In this document: one piece after another, positions 60,972 through 64,000 of the stretch
Layout: each line of letters begins with the position of its first letter
How positions within the stretch are numbered: the first letter of the stretch is position 1
Source of the DNA: Coriobacteriales bacterium
Lineage (GTDB): Bacteria; Actinomycetota; Coriobacteriia; Anaerosomatales; JACRBU01
DNA length: 64,000 nt
Direction: 5' to 3'
Assembly: GCA_016213085.1 (NCBI GenBank)
Contig: JACRBU010000157.1
Coordinates: 1,065 to 65,064 of the forward strand
Notes under the pieces: generated by a model
Database searches by the model: none
What the model saw: the letters and a program-made list of their open reading frames with translations, nothing else
Told to the model about the DNA's origin: nothing
Program-made: the position numbers and the translations under genes

Positions 60972-61541
60972 ATGGACTTCTGGGACGTAGTCAGGAGCAG
61001 GCACGCGGTCAGGGACTTCACGAGCGATCCCATACCGCGCGAGGTGCTCGAACGGATCGTCGAGGCTGCCGAGCTCGCTCCTTCGGCGATGAACTCTCAA
61101 CCGTGGCGCTTCTATGTGGCCACGGGGGAGACGCGTCTCAAATTGGGCCGCGCCATCGCGCAGACGACCGTCCACCTGAGCGAGTACATGGACGCTCTCG
61201 GACCCGAGCGCTACGAGCAGGCCGTCAAGTGGTATTCGTCGCTGGGCGACGCTCCGGCTGTCGTCGTGGTGGCGATGCCAAGGGCTGAAGACGAATTCAC
61301 GCTGCTCAACGAGCAGCTTTCAGTGGGTGCCGCGATCGAGAATCTGATGCTCGCGGCGACGGCCGAGGGGTTGGGCTCGTGCAACGTCACCTTCTCGTTC
61401 TGGGTCAGAGACGACCTTGCGGACGCGGTCGGAGCGGCGGAGAACGAGGACGTGGTCTCCATCATCGCGCTCGGGTATCCAGGTGAAGTCCCTCCCGTGG
61501 CGCCCCCGCACGACATGACCCGCGTCACCTATCTCGACTGA
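60972..61541 (+). CDS. Nitroreductase-family protein
   Basis: ATG at 60972 preceded by GAGGGGGA. Contains RHAVRDFTSDPIP and APSAMNSQPWRF. Confidence 0.85.
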   Translation: MDFWDVVRSRHAVRDFTSDPIPREVLERIVEAAELAPSAMNSQPWRFYVATGETRLKLGRAIAQTTVHLSEYMDALGPERYEQAVKWYSSLGDAPAVVVVAMPRAEDEFTLLNEQLSVGAAIENLMLAATAEGLGSCNVTFSFWVRDDLADAVGAAENEDVVSIIALGYPGEVPPVAPPHDMTRVTYLD

Positions 61542-61549
61542 TCACCCGA

Positions 61550-62263
61550 ATGATCAGGGCCGTCTTCTTCGACGTTGGCAACACCCTGCTCTACCCGTAT
61601 CCTTCCGTTTCCGAAGTCGTGCGTCAGGTTCTCGAGACAGAGGGGCACGTCCACGATCTCGACGCGATAGACGCATGGATGCCGCTGGTCGACGAGTACT
61701 ACGAGGAGCGCTACCGCGAGGACGACACGTTTTGGACGGACGAGGGCGCGACTCACGAGGTCTGGGTCGGGATGTACGCCCTGCTGTGCCGCAAGCTTGG
61801 CGTGGAGGAGGACGCGGAGCGCCTCGCGCACGCGGTCTACGAGGAGTTCGGGGATGCCTCCCGGTGGCGCGCGTACGAGGATGTTGGGCGGACCTTCGGG
61901 ATGCTCAGAGAATGCGGTGTGAAGATCGGCCTGATCTCGAATTGGGACTCCAGGCTGCGCGGGATCATCGAACGACTCGGTCTCGGTGAGTATGTCGACA
62001 CGATCGTCAGCTCGGCGGACGTCGGGCTGCACAAGCCCGACCCTCGGATCTTCGAACTCGCTCTCGGGCACGTGGGGGTGAGCGCGCGAGATGCGGCGCA
62101 CGTCGGTGACCACGAGTATGCCGACGTCCTCGGTGCGACCGGGGTCGGAATGACACCCGTGCTCATCGACCGTCACGGCGGGCCGGAACCATCGCCGCAT
62201 CTCGCCGAGCGCTTCGTGCGGTCCCTCGACGAGCTTGGCGAGGTCCTGCAGCTTCCCTGCTGA
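61550..62263 (+). CDS. HAD-superfamily hydrolase (subfamily IA-like)
   Basis: Motif I variant FFDVGNTLL, SNWD, and motif IV GDHEYADVLGA. Confidence 0.85.
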   Translation: MIRAVFFDVGNTLLYPYPSVSEVVRQVLETEGHVHDLDAIDAWMPLVDEYYEERYREDDTFWTDEGATHEVWVGMYALLCRKLGVEEDAERLAHAVYEEFGDASRWRAYEDVGRTFGMLRECGVKIGLISNWDSRLRGIIERLGLGEYVDTIVSSADVGLHKPDPRIFELALGHVGVSARDAAHVGDHEYADVLGATGVGMTPVLIDRHGGPEPSPHLAERFVRSLDELGEVLQLPC

Positions 62264-62332
62264 TCGACGCGTCTACTGCTCGACGCGGTAACGTATGCTC
62301 TCAGGAGTCTGAGCGTTTGCGAAGGAGAATCG

Positions 62333-63817
62333 ATGGCCCTCAAGGACCTGCGTGAGTACCTGTCGCTCATCGAGAAGCACGGCCAGCTGAAACGGGTCAG
62401 CGCCGCCGTTGACCCGAAGCTCGAGATCGGCGAGATCGCGGATCGGGTGAGCAAGGTCTACGGCCCCGGACTCCTCTTCGAGAACCCTGTCGACCGCATC
62501 TCAGGGTCTTCGTACGACATGCCGGTTGCGATCAACCTGATGGGCAGCTACGACCGCATGGCGTGGGGGCTGGGTGTCAATGCCGACACCGGCACCTGGC
62601 GCGACTTGGACGTCAAAGCGAAGCAGCTGATGGAGATGCTGCCGCTAGACATGCCTGCGTCGATGAAGGACAAGCTCGGCGTGCTGATGGGATTGAAGGA
62701 CCTCGCCGGCGCCGGCGCAAAGGAGGTCAAGCGCGCGCCCGTGCATGAGGTGGTGCTGCGCGGCGACGACGTCGATCTGGGGAGACTCCCGGTCCTCACG
62801 ACGTGGCCCGACGACGGCGGGCCGTTCATAACGCTCCCGCTTGTCGTGACGAACAACCCGAAAGGCAAGCTCAATCTCGGCATGTACAGGCTGCAGATCT
62901 TCGACCGGAATACGACGGGGCTGCACATCCATCAGCACCACGACGGAGCGAAGAACCTCCGTGCGTGGAAGGAAGCCGGCCACTCGCACGCGCCGATCTC
63001 GGTGGCGCTCGGTGGCGATCCGACGACGATCTTCTCGGCGACCGCTCCCGTGCCGCCGATGATCGACGAGTACCTCTTCAGCGGCATCTTGCGCGGCGAG
63101 CCTGTCGAAGTCGTGAAGTGCGTGACGAACGACCTGCTGGTGCCCGCGCACGCGGAGATCGTGCTCGAGGGCTGGTGCGACCTCGAGGAGACGAGGTGGG
63201 AGGGGCCCTTCGGCGATCACACCGGCTACTACTCGCTCGCCGACTACTTCCCGGTGTTCCACGTCGAAGCCATCACCATGCGCCGCGACGCGATCTATCC
63301 CGCGACGATCGTCGGTCGCCCGCCGATGGAGGACTGCTACATGGCCAAGGCCACGGAGCGGATCTTCCTGCCGGCGATCCGCGCGCTCATGCCCGAGGTC
63401 ATCGACTACGATCTTCCGCTCGAGGGCGTCTTCCACAACTGCGCGATCTTCCAGATCAAGAAGGAGTTCGCCGGGCACGCGTTCCGCGTGATGAACTTCG
63501 CCTGGTCGATGGGGCAGATGATGTTCACGAAGTACGTCATCGTCGTCGACGAGGACGTGGATTGCCACAACTACTCCGAGGTCGCGTGGCGCTGCTTCAA
63601 CAACGTCGATCCAAACCGAGACGTCCTCATCAGCAAGGGCCCGCTCGATAAGCTCGATCACTCGAGCAACTTCGAGAGCTTCGGCTACAAGATGGGGATC
63701 GATGCCACGCGTCCGTTCCCCAACGAGGGACATGAGCGCGAGTGGCCCGAGGCGCTCGAGATGAGCGCGGAGGTCAAGAAGCGCATCGACGAGATGTGGG
63801 GCGAGCTCGGCCTGTGA
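62333..63817 (+). CDS. UbiD-family (prenylated-FMN) decarboxylase, probably the menaquinone-pathway decarboxylase
   Basis: 494 aa with typical UbiD blocks (NLMGS, GMYRLQ, GDHTGYY). It is followed by a UbiA-family gene with a GTGA overlap. Confidence 0.92.
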   Translation: MALKDLREYLSLIEKHGQLKRVSAAVDPKLEIGEIADRVSKVYGPGLLFENPVDRISGSSYDMPVAINLMGSYDRMAWGLGVNADTGTWRDLDVKAKQLMEMLPLDMPASMKDKLGVLMGLKDLAGAGAKEVKRAPVHEVVLRGDDVDLGRLPVLTTWPDDGGPFITLPLVVTNNPKGKLNLGMYRLQIFDRNTTGLHIHQHHDGAKNLRAWKEAGHSHAPISVALGGDPTTIFSATAPVPPMIDEYLFSGILRGEPVEVVKCVTNDLLVPAHAEIVLEGWCDLEETRWEGPFGDHTGYYSLADYFPVFHVEAITMRRDAIYPATIVGRPPMEDCYMAKATERIFLPAIRALMPEVIDYDLPLEGVFHNCAIFQIKKEFAGHAFRVMNFAWSMGQMMFTKYVIVVDEDVDCHNYSEVAWRCFNNVDPNRDVLISKGPLDKLDHSSNFESFGYKMGIDATRPFPNEGHEREWPEALEMSAEVKKRIDEMWGELGL

Positions 63818-64000
63818 GCGAGGCGCCCTCCGACACGCCGAAGGACCCGCCGCCGGCCGCGCGCAAGCCAGGCATCGGCGGCACGATCCAGATGTTCGCG
63901 GAGCTCGTGAAGTTCGAGCACTCGATCTTCGCGCTGCCCTACGCCTACATCGGCGCGCTCTACGGGGCGGCGGTTGTGGCCTTCCCGGTACCGCTCATCT
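63814..64000 (+). CDS. UbiA-family polyprenyltransferase (MqnP/UbiA-like), 3'-truncated by the window end
   Basis: My own translation from the GTG at 63814 gives MSEAPSDTPKDPPPAARKPGIGGTIQMFAELVKFEHSIFALPYAYIGALYGAAVVAFPVPLI. The frame is open to the window end. LVKFEHSIFALP is typical of this family's N-terminus. Confidence 0.75.
   Translation, partial: MSEAPSDTPKDPPPAARKPGIGGTIQMFAELVKFEHSIFALPYAYIGALYGAAVVAFPVPLI

Overview
G+C-rich bacterial chromosome segment. The backbone is conserved housekeeping genes in an order typical of Actinomycetota: uvrB, uvrA, uvrC, then rapZ-yvcK-whiA-gap-pgk-tpiA-gpmI-secG, plus an amt-glnK-glnD nitrogen cluster, acs, an Opp/Dpp-type ABC importer, tRNA-Leu(GAG), trxA, and the late menaquinone genes ubiD/ubiA. 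I saw no CRISPR array, transposase, integrase or rRNA. Many long ORFs in the track are antisense or out-of-frame shadows of real genes, which is usual for high-GC DNA, and I did not call them. Several track ORFs also carry false 5' extensions. I re-set those starts using Shine-Dalgarno sequences and stop/start overlaps.

Most interesting observations:
1. A cadC-like/cadA-like metal operon. The P1B ATPase frame is interrupted by one in-frame TGA exactly at the first Cys of the second HMA CxxC motif. A 6-bp hairpin with a GU-containing loop starts 11 nt downstream. This could be a selenocysteine codon, a pseudogene or a sequencing error.
2. A self-contained sigma-54 module, unexpected in this synteny. 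It comprises rpoN, a PAS histidine kinase and a GAFTGA enhancer-binding response regulator. Two near-consensus -24/-12 promoters follow, each in front of a small envelope protein gene.
3. An uncharacterised four-gene envelope operon. Two paralogous small secreted beta-rich proteins flank a membrane-tethered beta-sandwich protein and an N-anchored protein.
4. A CsoR/CstR-family repressor with a perfect ATACCCC-N3-GGGGTAT operator. Related ATACC...GGTAT sites overlap the -10 boxes of trxA and ccdA.
5. A tandem duplication of amt-glnK, with a shared GAAACA-N5-GAAACA repeat upstream of both amt copies.
6. Smaller items: a relBE-like toxin-antitoxin pair wedged between uvrA and uvrC, a degenerate-rSAM/B12-rSAM/aminotransferase operon, a giant SpoIIE phosphatase with a fused STAS-kinase partner, and a 20-nt tandem repeat array upstream of rapZ.

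All functional calls come from motif recognition by eye. No database search was run.
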